This document shows, one piece after another, positions 9,132-16,672 of a stretch of DNA of 32,510 bases. The stretch is from Chthoniobacteraceae bacterium (lineage in GTDB: Bacteria; Verrucomicrobiota; Verrucomicrobiia; Chthoniobacterales; Chthoniobacteraceae): NCBI GenBank assembly GCA_031409655.1, contig JANNXQ010000270.1, positions 1-32,510 of the forward strand. The letters are read 5' to 3'. How positions within the stretch are numbered: position 1 is the first letter of the stretch; each line of letters begins with the position of its first letter. The notes beneath the pieces are model-generated. The model had not been told where the DNA came from, ran no database searches, and worked only from the letters and a program-made list of their open reading frames with translations. Made by a program: the position numbers and the translations under genes.

Positions 9132-9398
9132 TCACGTCTCGGCTCGCTTCGTAGCCTTTTCGATAATCTTCCAGAGCTGTACGTCGAGAGCCGCTGCTAT
9201 TCTGAGGAGAGTGTCTAGCGTGGGCCTGCGCAATTCGCGCTCCACGAGAGAAATCATGCTCACGTGGAGTCCGGCGCGCTCGGCTACCACGTTCATCGAG
9301 ATGCCTTTGCGGAGGCGTTCGGATCGGAGGGCTTGAACGACGTTCGAGGAAATCGTTTCCCGTAAGGAGTGCTTTGGCACTCCATAGGAAATAGTCAT
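9132..9398 (-). CDS. XRE/Cro-C1 HTH transcriptional regulator (C-protein-like)
   Basis: LRSERLRKGISMNVVAERAGLHVSMISLVERELRRPTLDTLLRIAAALDV; start uncertain (ATG 9398 or a downstream GTG). Confidence 0.9.
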   Translation of the reverse strand: MTISYGVPKHSLRETISSNVVQALRSERLRKGISMNVVAERAGLHVSMISLVERELRRPTLDTLLRIAAALDVQLWKIIEKATKRAET

Positions 9399-9407
9399 TT
9401 TCCGCGT

Positions 9408-9431
9408 TTGACACGGATTTGACTATAGTCG
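9408..9431. promoter_or_regulatory. Divergent promoter region with palindromic operator GACTATAGTC
   Basis: Perfect 10-bp palindrome at 9421-9430 just downstream of TTGACA (9408-9413), between divergent genes; a second ATAGTC half-site at 9391-9396. Confidence 0.55.
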
Positions 9432-9442
9432 CATTTCGCGCC

Positions 9443-9688
9443 ATGAACTTCACCAAACGCATCGGTCCTGATCCTCACGCAAACGGCGCGAAGACTTCCG
9501 CGCTTCGAGGCTGCCCGGACATCCTTGAAATCGAGGGTGGCGATTTCGCCATCATCGGCACGGACATCACCGCCGACGCGGAACCGCGTCTGGCGTTTGG
9601 TGCGAGTTGCGGGCCGGACGAGCGGATCATCCGGGTCCCGCGCCGGACGCTCGTGCTGGCGAAGGCGGACATTCCCGACACCCTGTAG
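9443..9688 (+). CDS. Small hypothetical protein (CPDILE...GDFAIIG motif)
   Basis: 81-aa ORF with natural-looking composition, divergent from the XRE gene and co-oriented with the next gene. Confidence 0.8.
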   Translation: MNFTKRIGPDPHANGAKTSALRGCPDILEIEGGDFAIIGTDITADAEPRLAFGASCGPDERIIRVPRRTLVLAKADIPDTL

Positions 9689-9722
9689 CGCAAGAGCCGC
9701 CCGGCGGGGTATAATGCCCGGC

Positions 9723-10187
9723 ATGGGAATAGGGGAATGGCTGGCGCAAAATTGGTTCGACCTCTTGCAGACTGTGGCGATCACCACGGGTCTCTTTGCG
9801 ACGGTTCACAACATCCGTGCGGATCGGCGGGAGAGGATGGTCACCACTCAGTTCAGAATCGCGGCGGCACATCGCGAGATTTGGTCGCGGCTGGCCGACA
9901 ACCCGAGTCTCGATCGCGTGCTGAGCGAGGACGTGGATCTGGCCGGGAACCCGATGACGATCGAGGAGGAATTGCTCGTGCAGTTTCTGATCCTGCACCT
10001 GCGAGCGACTTTCAAGGCGCGGCGCGCAAAGATGGATTTTGCGGACGATCAGATCGGACTGGATACGCGTGCGTTCTTCACGCTGCCGATTCCGCGCGAG
10101 GTTTGGCGGCGTTCACGTCCGTTTCAGGACGCGGAGTTCGTGGAGTTCGTCGAGTCCACACTTGTGGACAGAGCGGCGGGGAAGTGA
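9723..10187 (+). CDS. Membrane-anchored hypothetical protein, DUF6082-like
   Basis: N-terminal hydrophobic helix (WFDLLQTVAITTGLFATV) followed by a helical domain; TATAAT 7 nt upstream of ATG 9723. Family assignment is from recall and unverified. Confidence 0.72.
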   Translation: MGIGEWLAQNWFDLLQTVAITTGLFATVHNIRADRRERMVTTQFRIAAAHREIWSRLADNPSLDRVLSEDVDLAGNPMTIEEELLVQFLILHLRATFKARRAKMDFADDQIGLDTRAFFTLPIPREVWRRSRPFQDAEFVEFVESTLVDRAAGK

Positions 10188-10237
10188 GCGCGCACGAATC
10201 GCGTCGCACGGGATCTGATTCCGGTAGGCAGCGGAAT

Positions 10238-10265
10238 AGACGGCTCTTGTTGGGCCGTCTTTTTG
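10238..10265 (+). terminator. Rho-independent terminator
   Basis: AGACGGCTC-ttgtt-GGGCCGTCT followed by a T run, between convergent genes. Confidence 0.7.
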
Positions 10266-10284
10266 CGCCGCGCTTTCGCAAGCG

Positions 10285-10701
10285 CTACGACTTGGTGATG
10301 ATTCCCTGAACGATGAGGTCGGCGACGAGCAGAGGGACGCTGACGACTTTGACGCCTTGGACGGTCTTGCCGTAAAGGTGGCCGAAGTCCTTCTTGTCGC
10401 CGGTGAGCAGGTAGTCCGCGTGACCGGCAATCGCTCCGCAGAGGATGGGGCGGTCTTTCTCCGCGATCTTCACGCCGGGATCGAAGAGTTGCAGTGGCAC
10501 CAACTCCAGGCCATCGGCAAAGGCCCGCAGCGCAGCGAGGCGTTTCGGGGCTTTGGCGGCGATGTTTCGCTCGGCTTCAGTCCGGGCGTAGGCGTTGGTG
10601 AGGAGATCGGCGTGGCGCTGCAACTCTTCCAGGAAGTCGGCGAGCAAGCTCTTCGCAAAGCCGGCGGAGAAGAGGATGTTGGCGTCGAGGAAGACTCTCA
10701 T
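10285..10701 (-). CDS. PIN-domain (VapC-like) toxin
   Basis: MRVFLDANILFS, EAERN, KDRPIL, ADYLLTGDKKDF; directly downstream of an AbrB-type gene. Confidence 0.9.
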   Translation of the reverse strand: MRVFLDANILFSAGFAKSLLADFLEELQRHADLLTNAYARTEAERNIAAKAPKRLAALRAFADGLELVPLQLFDPGVKIAEKDRPILCGAIAGHADYLLTGDKKDFGHLYGKTVQGVKVVSVPLLVADLIVQGIITKS

Positions 10702-10706
10702 CGCGC

Positions 10707-10943
10707 TTAGCGCCAGCGCAGCTTCTTTCCGGCGAGAGGCTTCTCATTCATCTGCTCGAATTCCGCGACGCGTGCGGCGCTATAAATTTCGATGGGCATG
10801 ACGACGCCGGCGCGGAGGACGACTTCGCCATTTTCGTCCACGCTGACGACGATCTGGCCTCCGCGCGTGACGCCGAGTTTGTCGCGGGCCTCCTTGGGCA
10901 GCGTCAGTGCACCACGTTGATTGACGGAAATGACTGTGGTCAT
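10707..10943 (-). CDS. AbrB/MazE/SpoVT-type antitoxin
   Basis: MTTVISVNQRGALTLPKEARDKLGV...GEVVLR; ATG 10943. Confidence 0.9.
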   Translation of the reverse strand: MTTVISVNQRGALTLPKEARDKLGVTRGGQIVVSVDENGEVVLRAGVVMPIEIYSAARVAEFEQMNEKPLAGKKLRWR

Positions 10944-10949
10944 GAAAAC

Positions 10950-10979
10950 AGCATAGCACGGAATGCAGGAATACTGCAA
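10950..10979 (-). promoter_or_regulatory. TA operon promoter
   Basis: TTGCAG-18 nt-TATGCT with an extended -10 TG; ATTCC direct repeats in the spacer; 6 nt upstream of the ATG. Confidence 0.6.
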
Positions 10980-10992
10980 TGCAGCCAAATGA

Positions 10993-11023
10993 AAGGGCTG
11001 CCTCCTTGGTGGAAGCAGCCCTT
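10993..11023 (-). terminator. Rho-independent terminator
   Basis: AAGGGCTGC...GCAGCCCTT stem followed by a T-rich tail, immediately after the stop at 11027. Confidence 0.7.
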
Positions 11024-11026
11024 GTT

Positions 11027-11338
11027 TCAGTATTCGTCCGGCAGAAGCGCGGTCGTCGTGCTCCGGTCGCCCTCTGTGATGATGTAGAACTTCACGCCGG
11101 CCTTGGTGTGATAGACGGACATCAAGCGGCAGCCGTCGCCCAGGCTGCGCTCGTTTTCGCTGCGATCTGCTGCGCAGAGTTCGCCCCAATCGCCGCGGTG
11201 ATTACGGCGGAGGGCGGACTGCATTTCGTCGGGCGGAACGGCGGCGAGTACGCCGGGTGTGGCGACGATGCGGCCAAGTGGGAACTTCCCTGCCGGCGCT
11301 GGCGCTGCGCCGGACTGGTCGGTGAGGAGATGGATCAT
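11027..11338 (-). CDS. Conserved plasmid/ICE-related hypothetical protein
   Basis: FPLGRIVATPG...RGDWGEL...D...N...RLMSVY...YIITEGDRSTTTALLPDEY, a motif set typical of a mobile-element family; start uncertain. Confidence 0.85.
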   Translation of the reverse strand: MIHLLTDQSGAAPAPAGKFPLGRIVATPGVLAAVPPDEMQSALRRNHRGDWGELCAADRSENERSLGDGCRLMSVYHTKAGVKFYIITEGDRSTTTALLPDEY

Positions 11339-11453
11339 GGTGTGATGTGCGGTGGAGCCGCGCCTGCCGGGGGCCGGATGGCCTCCGTGGAAACAGGTGC
11401 GGTTCATGGCGCACACCACTTCCCTCCCCTGCCGGGTCTGCGCCGGGTGAGTG

Positions 11454-11484
11454 AAAGGCCAGATGGGGTTGCCATCTGGCCTTT
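11454..11484. terminator. Perfect 13-bp hairpin, likely terminator
   Basis: AAAGGCCAGATGG-ggttg-CCATCTGGCCTTT, 30 nt downstream of the stop at 11515. Confidence 0.65.
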
Positions 11485-11514
11485 GGTCGGAATGAACTGC
11501 GGAGAGCTGTGATG

Positions 11515-11844
11515 TTACAGCCCGTGGTCTTCGTAGGTCGCGGCCAATCCGTCTTCGTCGCCTGCGAGCAGGTTTTCGAGTTCGGCTTTGATCCGCAACT
11601 TTCCGGGGTCGGGTTGAGCGTCTTTCGGACAGCCGGGACAACGGATCACGTTGATCACCGTCCGTCCGAAGACGTAGCCGGCCGTCTGGAACTGCGTGCG
11701 CCATTTCTCGGCGAGCTTCTCGTTTTGCGGGAGATTCTCCCACTCGCGGACTTCCGCTTCCGAGAGACCCGTCTCCCAGATGGCGTCATGCCACAAGTGG
11801 TAACAGTCCCATGGTTCCCCGCAGGTCGTGCAACGGACATCCAT
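11515..11844 (-). CDS. Hypothetical protein with two CxxC motifs
   Basis: MDVRCTTCGEPWD...CPGCP, acidic C-terminus; starts 3 nt after the ardC stop. Confidence 0.8.
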   Translation of the reverse strand: MDVRCTTCGEPWDCYHLWHDAIWETGLSEAEVREWENLPQNEKLAEKWRTQFQTAGYVFGRTVINVIRCPGCPKDAQPDPGKLRIKAELENLLAGDEDGLAATYEDHGL

Positions 11845-11847
11845 ACT

Positions 11848-12795
11848 TCACGAGGCAACGGGTTCTGCGGCTTGTGGGTCGGGGAGATCCACGGCGGGTG
11901 CGTCGGACGCGACCGCTGTGTTCCTCCCGAGGATAAAGTCCGCAGCGCGACCGGCCTGATTGGCGGCCAAGACGATCCAGCGCCGATGTTCCGCGACGCC
12001 GAGCACATCAAGCCAGCCTTTCAAATAGGCGGCGGATTGCTCATGGGTGTCGCGGACGATCCCGGCCTCCATGCCGAGAAAGGCTGCCCCCATTTCGGCG
12101 ACCAGTTCCTCTTGCGAGTAAGTCTTCCCGCCGAAGCCGTCGTGCTCGATGACGCCTTTGCGCGCGAGCCGCGATTCCGCGCCACTGGCGTGGATGGCCT
12201 CATGGTAGAGGGTAAGGTGGAACTCTTCCGGGGTGGCGAAGCGCGCGAACGCCGGCATGTCGATGGTGTCGGTGCTGCGGCGATAACACGCTTGCGTGGT
12301 GTGGCCTTCCCGAATGATCGGGCGCTGTGGCATCTTCTCCACGATCTCCTGAGCGCGGGCGATGCGTTGCGAAGCATCGAGCTGCGGCCCGTTCTCCACG
12401 GGTGGAAACTCGATGCCCTCGATCTGCGAGGCGTTGAAGACGCGGTAGCTCTTGAGAAAGAACCGGGCCTTCTTTTCCTCGGTGGCGTTGCCATTCGGCG
12501 CGGCCTTTTCCTGCCGGCCCCATTTCATGACCGTGGCGCCGTGTTCGCCTTTGCGAATGCTGCCGCCCCGTTCGTTGGCCTGGCGGAAGGTCATCCACCA
12601 GGGTGATGGGAATTTCAGCAGGCCGAGCAGCAGGGTGTTAATGCCCTGATACTCGCGCCCGGAATGGAAGTTCCGCGGGCGGCCAGTGGAACGATTCCAC
12701 GGGCAGCGCCACGGAACGACGCCGCGCTCGAGATGCGTGAGGATGATGTCAGTGACGAGTTGATAAGGATCAATGCGAACCGGTTCTGGGTTCAT
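11848..12795 (-). CDS. ardC: ArdC-family antirestriction ssDNA-binding protein with zincin-like domain
   Basis: VPWRCPW, Y.GIN, WMTFRQA, IRKGEHG, VFNASQIEG, HEAIH, YSQEELVAEMGAAFL, SAAYLKGWL. Confidence 0.93.
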   Translation of the reverse strand: MNPEPVRIDPYQLVTDIILTHLERGVVPWRCPWNRSTGRPRNFHSGREYQGINTLLLGLLKFPSPWWMTFRQANERGGSIRKGEHGATVMKWGRQEKAAPNGNATEEKKARFFLKSYRVFNASQIEGIEFPPVENGPQLDASQRIARAQEIVEKMPQRPIIREGHTTQACYRRSTDTIDMPAFARFATPEEFHLTLYHEAIHASGAESRLARKGVIEHDGFGGKTYSQEELVAEMGAAFLGMEAGIVRDTHEQSAAYLKGWLDVLGVAEHRRWIVLAANQAGRAADFILGRNTAVASDAPAVDLPDPQAAEPVAS

Positions 12796-12914
12796 AGGTT
12801 TGTGCTCCTTTGTGAGTTATGGGTTGCGAGGTGAAGCCAACCTCCGCACACCTGTGCGCGAGACGGACTTCAGCCCGGCAACCGGGAACACCGACCCCGG
12901 TAAATCTGCGGAAC

Positions 12915-12944
12915 ATTGTACCATGGAGCCGGTCATTCGTGCAA
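12915..12944 (-). promoter_or_regulatory. Sigma70-type promoter upstream of ardC, embedded in inverted repeats
   Basis: Minus strand TTGCAC-18 nt-TACAAT with an extended -10 (TGg). Confidence 0.65.
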
Positions 12945-13071
12945 ATGACCCGACTCCTCGGATGGGTTACTGGCGAATGACTGGGAGTGGGTTGAAAGTT
13001 GAAGCGGGTCTCCGCACTCCCGTGTGAGCCCTGGACCTTTTTTCCAGCAACCAGCGCCATCCCGGCGTAAG

Positions 13072-13914
13072 CTACGCCGCTTCCTCGAATTCTTCGCTCA
13101 ACAGCTTTTCGAGCAATGATTCGACCACCGCTTTCATGCGATTGGTCGCGTTTCGTCCAGCGGGACCGACCACGCTCGCGGTGTATCCGTCGAGGATCAC
13201 CGACGCGCGTTCAGTCTTCTTGCGGCGGGTGCTTTTGTTGTCGTTCAATTCACCGATGTGCCGGCGGAGTTCGGTGTTGCTCAGGCCGCTGAGAGCCAGC
13301 TCGGCGAGCCGCTTCTGCTCATGCTCGTCAGTAATCCGGGCGATGCGAATGATGGTATCGTATGGCACCGCAATCTCGGAATGCCTCAGCGTGGTTTGCA
13401 GCGCGGTGGGTAACGAAAGCACGCGCAGCATGTCACTCACCCATGCCTCCCGTTTGCCCAGCACCCGCGCGAGTTCACGCTGACTGGTGATCTGGTTGTC
13501 CTCATCGAGCATCGCCTGCAAGGCTTCCGCCAAATCCACCGCACCGAGGTCCTCGCGCTGCACATTGGAGATGAGGCTCTTTCGGCGGCGCAACAGTTCA
13601 TCTTCTGCTTCGCGAATGAGCACCTCCACTTCCCGCAATCCGGCGAGCTTTGCTGCTCGGGCACGACGGTGGCCGGTCAGGATGCGATACCTTTCGCCCT
13701 CCGTCGTGACGGTGATCGGTTCGACCAGCCCCACGGCTTTGATCGAAGCCACCAACCCGTCCATGTTGCGGAAGGTCTTTCGTTCGTTGTGCGGATCTTC
13801 GAGGAGCCGGTCCAGACTCACAATGAGCCGTCCGCGCTTACCCAATCCGCTCGCCAGTCCCTCCTTCACCAACTCCAGCCGGCTCTTGCCAGTCTCTTTC
13901 GTGAATATTCCCAT
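13072..13914 (-). CDS. parB: ParB/RepB/Spo0J family partition protein
   Basis: SIKAVGLVEPITV, YRILTGHRRARAA (GxRR), NVQREDL, HTH SQRELARVLGKREAWVS. Confidence 0.92.
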   Translation of the reverse strand: MGIFTKETGKSRLELVKEGLASGLGKRGRLIVSLDRLLEDPHNERKTFRNMDGLVASIKAVGLVEPITVTTEGERYRILTGHRRARAAKLAGLREVEVLIREAEDELLRRRKSLISNVQREDLGAVDLAEALQAMLDEDNQITSQRELARVLGKREAWVSDMLRVLSLPTALQTTLRHSEIAVPYDTIIRIARITDEHEQKRLAELALSGLSNTELRRHIGELNDNKSTRRKKTERASVILDGYTASVVGPAGRNATNRMKAVVESLLEKLLSEEFEEAA

Positions 13915-14677
13915 CGTTGTTTTCGTTAGCTGATAATGTCGCCATCGCCTCCGCCACCAACGCGCTCAGGTCTGCGGCACCGCGCGAGAGCGGTCGCCAA
14001 TGGAAAATGCTGCCTCCGTATTCATCGACCTGCGCGAGCCAGCCACAGGAACGGATCTCCGTTTGCGCAGGCGTCAATCCGTCCGCCTCCAGCAGCTCGA
14101 TGACCCGACGGCGCAATCCCGGCAGCCGGGTCAGATTGCTGAGCACATGGAGCACTTGGTAGTCGCCCGCGACGCGATGCTGGAGGAGGAGCTTGTAAAC
14201 GCTGGCGAAACTTTTGACGGCCTTGGTGCTCTCAAACGGGACGATGAAAAGATCGGCCGGATAGATCGCGTTCTCCATGATCGGTGAGATCTGGTTCGGG
14301 CTGTCGATGACCGCGAAGTCGTAGTCGTCGCGCACGGTGGCGAGTTGCTGGGCGAGCAGAAAGGCATAGCTCTCGCGGTCTGTGATCTGCCGACCCAATT
14401 CCTCCAGACTGTCGGCGCTGGCCGCGAAGTGGAGATTGTCGATGTGGGATCGCTGTACGATTTCGGAGAGCGTTTGATCACCGTTGAATACCGCAGCCAA
14501 GGTACCGGAGACGTTGAACCCGTCGCCAGCATGAAGCCACTGGGTCACCTGCGCCTGCGGATCGAGATCGAGCAGGAGCACCCGTGCCCCACGCAGGCTC
14601 AAGCCCGCGGCGAGGTTCATGGCGATGGTGCTCTTCCCACACCCGCCCTTGGCATTGATGACGGTGATTACGCGCAT
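13838..14677 (-). CDS. parA: ParA family ATPase
   Basis: NAKGGCGKST deviant Walker A, LLDLDPQAQ, YDFAVIDSP; overlaps the parB start by 77 nt. Confidence 0.93.
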   Translation of the reverse strand: MRVITVINAKGGCGKSTIAMNLAAGLSLRGARVLLLDLDPQAQVTQWLHAGDGFNVSGTLAAVFNGDQTLSEIVQRSHIDNLHFAASADSLEELGRQITDRESYAFLLAQQLATVRDDYDFAVIDSPNQISPIMENAIYPADLFIVPFESTKAVKSFASVYKLLLQHRVAGDYQVLHVLSNLTRLPGLRRRVIELLEADGLTPAQTEIRSCGWLAQVDEYGGSIFHWRPLSRGAADLSALVAEAMATLSANENNDGNIHERDWQEPAGVGEGGTGERIG

Positions 14678-16377
14678 GGTTGAAATGGTTGAGGGTTAAA
14701 CTCCGGGTCCCAGTGCCAGAAATCCGGGAGCTGGAAATGGCGCTGGAACGCGAGTAGCCGCTGGCGCTCCGGGTCTTCCACCGTGGGTTGCCAGCGGGTG
14801 CTTTGGTGTAGCGTCAGGAAGCGGGCGTATTCGTCCGGGCGCTTCAGGCGGCAGGTCGTCTCGGTCTCGACCAAAAAGCGATACCACGCCGGCTCGTGCA
14901 TTGTGCGGTGAACGGCGCGACTGGCTTTCTCCGCCTCGGTGCGCAACTGCTGCTGGGCGCGACCAAAGCGCAGCAGCCACGCATCCCCGTGCGTGCGCAA
15001 AGCCAATACGAGTGAGTTCAGATCCCGCGCGCTCTTGCGGTCGTTCACATAGGCCGCAAAGTTGCGTCCCCAAGCGACCACGTCGGTCTTCACCGGCTTC
15101 GTCGCTTGCAGTCGCTCGACGAATCGTCCGGCCAGTTCAGTGTCCCGTGCGGATGGTTCGGCGACCGGCAAGCCGGCGTTGCCCGCCAGCCCCGCGTAGA
15201 AATGCTGCGCGAATTCCCGACCTGCGGAAACTTCGGCATGCCGAAGTTCTTCCGGAGCCGGCCAGCCTTCCTCAATCGCCCTTCGCAACATTCCCAGCCG
15301 ATTGCGGCTCGGTGCCCTGCGCGGCAGCCACGCGATCTGCGCCCCGATTTGCTCCTCCGAAAATTCTCCCGCCAGAGTCTTCGCCGCCTTCTTCGTGAAC
15401 CCTTCCCCTTTCAAAAGAGCGAAAGCGTTCGGTGTGACCGCATCCGACTGCTGCTGTTTACTCATTTCATTTTCTTGTTTCGTTTGTATGTCGGTGGGGT
15501 TTTCGGACTGGTTCACCGGTGGGTTTTTCGAACCGGTCCCGGTAGGGTTTTCATACCGGTGAAGCTCGATTTGAGCCGGTGGGTTTTTCAAACCGGTCAG
15601 GTAGGGAGAGACATCCGCCCAGCGCAAAGTGAAGCGGCCAGGTCGGCTCTCCCGTCCGGCGTTGGGATCGAAGTATCCCTGCTCAATGCGGTAGATGTAG
15701 CGGCATTCCTCCGCGCGCCGCAAAGCGTCGGCAAGCGAGTGCCGGTCGCGCAGATGGGTGTAGCGCTGGATGTCGGAGTAGGAGAGACGCACCTCTTGAC
15801 GGCGACCTCCGTGACGGGCCTGGAACCCAATCGAGAAGCGAATGACCGAAGCGACGACCTTGATAACCGAGAGAGGTTCGGCCGGAACGACACGATCGAA
15901 GAATTGATTGGGGATGTCCGTGCGATTGCCTTCGCCCTCGAAAAATCCACGGAACTGTTTCGGATCTTTGATGTATTCGGAACGGGAGTCCCAGCGAAGC
16001 TGGTAATGGGCACTCTCGGCGGGGAAGTAGGCGCGGGAAGGCTGTCCCGTGTGAACGCATTCGATGAACCCGCCCTTCAACGCAGCGTCCAGCGTCTTGC
16101 GGATCTCGCTCCGGGCGATCCCGGCCCGACTGACCAGTTCACCGTAGGAGACGCGAATGTGTTCATGCTGAGGATTACCCTCGGCATCGCACCATCCCAG
16201 TGCCTGACGAATGAGAAAGGCAACCAACCGGACAACGCCACGGGAATAGTTCGGCACACACACGTCGAAGAACTGATTCGGTGTGTAGGTCGTGTTGCTC
16301 GTCGGCGCCGCAAAGCCCGGGAACACCTCCACGGCAGCGTGAGTGCGGGTCTGTTTTTTGGGGGAGACGCGCAGCAT
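14668..16377 (-). CDS. Putative replication initiator with two tandem homologous (wHTH-like) domains
   Basis: Duplicated unit NxTxxPNQFFD...V+...IR...G...+R+SY; internal DNA direct repeats; located between an RHH gene and parAB. Confidence 0.75.
   Translation of the reverse strand: MLRVSPKKQTRTHAAVEVFPGFAAPTSNTTYTPNQFFDVCVPNYSRGVVRLVAFLIRQALGWCDAEGNPQHEHIRVSYGELVSRAGIARSEIRKTLDAALKGGFIECVHTGQPSRAYFPAESAHYQLRWDSRSEYIKDPKQFRGFFEGEGNRTDIPNQFFDRVVPAEPLSVIKVVASVIRFSIGFQARHGGRRQEVRLSYSDIQRYTHLRDRHSLADALRRAEECRYIYRIEQGYFDPNAGRESRPGRFTLRWADVSPYLTGLKNPPAQIELHRYENPTGTGSKNPPVNQSENPTDIQTKQENEMSKQQQSDAVTPNAFALLKGEGFTKKAAKTLAGEFSEEQIGAQIAWLPRRAPSRNRLGMLRRAIEEGWPAPEELRHAEVSAGREFAQHFYAGLAGNAGLPVAEPSARDTELAGRFVERLQATKPVKTDVVAWGRNFAAYVNDRKSARDLNSLVLALRTHGDAWLLRFGRAQQQLRTEAEKASRAVHRTMHEPAWYRFLVETETTCRLKRPDEYARFLTLHQSTRWQPTVEDPERQRLLAFQRHFQLPDFWHWDPEFNPQPFQPCA
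15229..15248. repeat. 20-bp palindrome AACTTCGGCATGCCGAAGTT, parS candidate, copy 1
   Basis: Perfect palindrome, identical to the core of the copy at 16647-16672. Confidence 0.65.
15491..15597. repeat. Four ~22-bp iteron-like direct repeats; putative replication origin
   Basis: CCGGTRGGKTTTTCnnACCGGT-like units at 15491, 15516, 15539 and 15576, next to an AT-rich tract at ~15455-15490. Confidence 0.75.
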
Positions 16378-16381
16378 CGAG

Positions 16382-16588
16382 TTAGATCGAGATGATCTGC
16401 AACGGCGGCGGGAGCTTGCCGCGGTAACGATACGCGTGCTCAGAAACGATGGCGTTGATCAGGAACGTCCGATCTCGCTGCATCGCATCCGAGAGCTGCG
16501 CCAAATACTCCGCCACCTCCGGCTCCATCTTGATGCTCGTCTGCGGACGCGCCCCTTTCCGACCTTTTTGTCCATTCCTTTTTTCCAT
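16382..16588 (-). CDS. Small ribbon-helix-helix (CopG-like) regulator
   Basis: QTSIKMEPEVAEYLAQLSDAMQRDRTFLINAIV strand-helix-helix pattern; ends 4 nt before the rep start. Confidence 0.75.
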   Translation of the reverse strand: MEKRNGQKGRKGARPQTSIKMEPEVAEYLAQLSDAMQRDRTFLINAIVSEHAYRYRGKLPPPLQIISI

Positions 16589-16633
16589 GCCCTCCAGTGT
16601 ATCACATCACATTTCCATGGGATACAGGCCGCC

Positions 16634-16642
16634 TGTGGATAA
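16634..16642 (-). promoter_or_regulatory. DnaA box
   Basis: TGTGGATAA is the reverse complement of the consensus TTATCCACA; it lies upstream of the RHH-rep-parAB operon. Confidence 0.55.
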
Positions 16643-16646
16643 CTCA

Positions 16647-16672
16647 AAAAACTTCGGCATGCCGAAGTTTTT
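16647..16672. repeat. 26-bp palindrome, parS candidate, copy 2
   Basis: AAAAACTTCGGCATGCCGAAGTTTTT, perfect. Confidence 0.65.

Noticed and set aside
11509..12606. Long + strand ORFs opposite ardC (likewise 15106-16395 opposite rep)
   Set aside because: Shadow ORFs typical of high-GC DNA; no motifs.
15491..15597. CRISPR mini-array
   Set aside because: Spacers are only 1-15 nt, the repeats lie inside a CDS, and no cas genes are present; iterons fit better.
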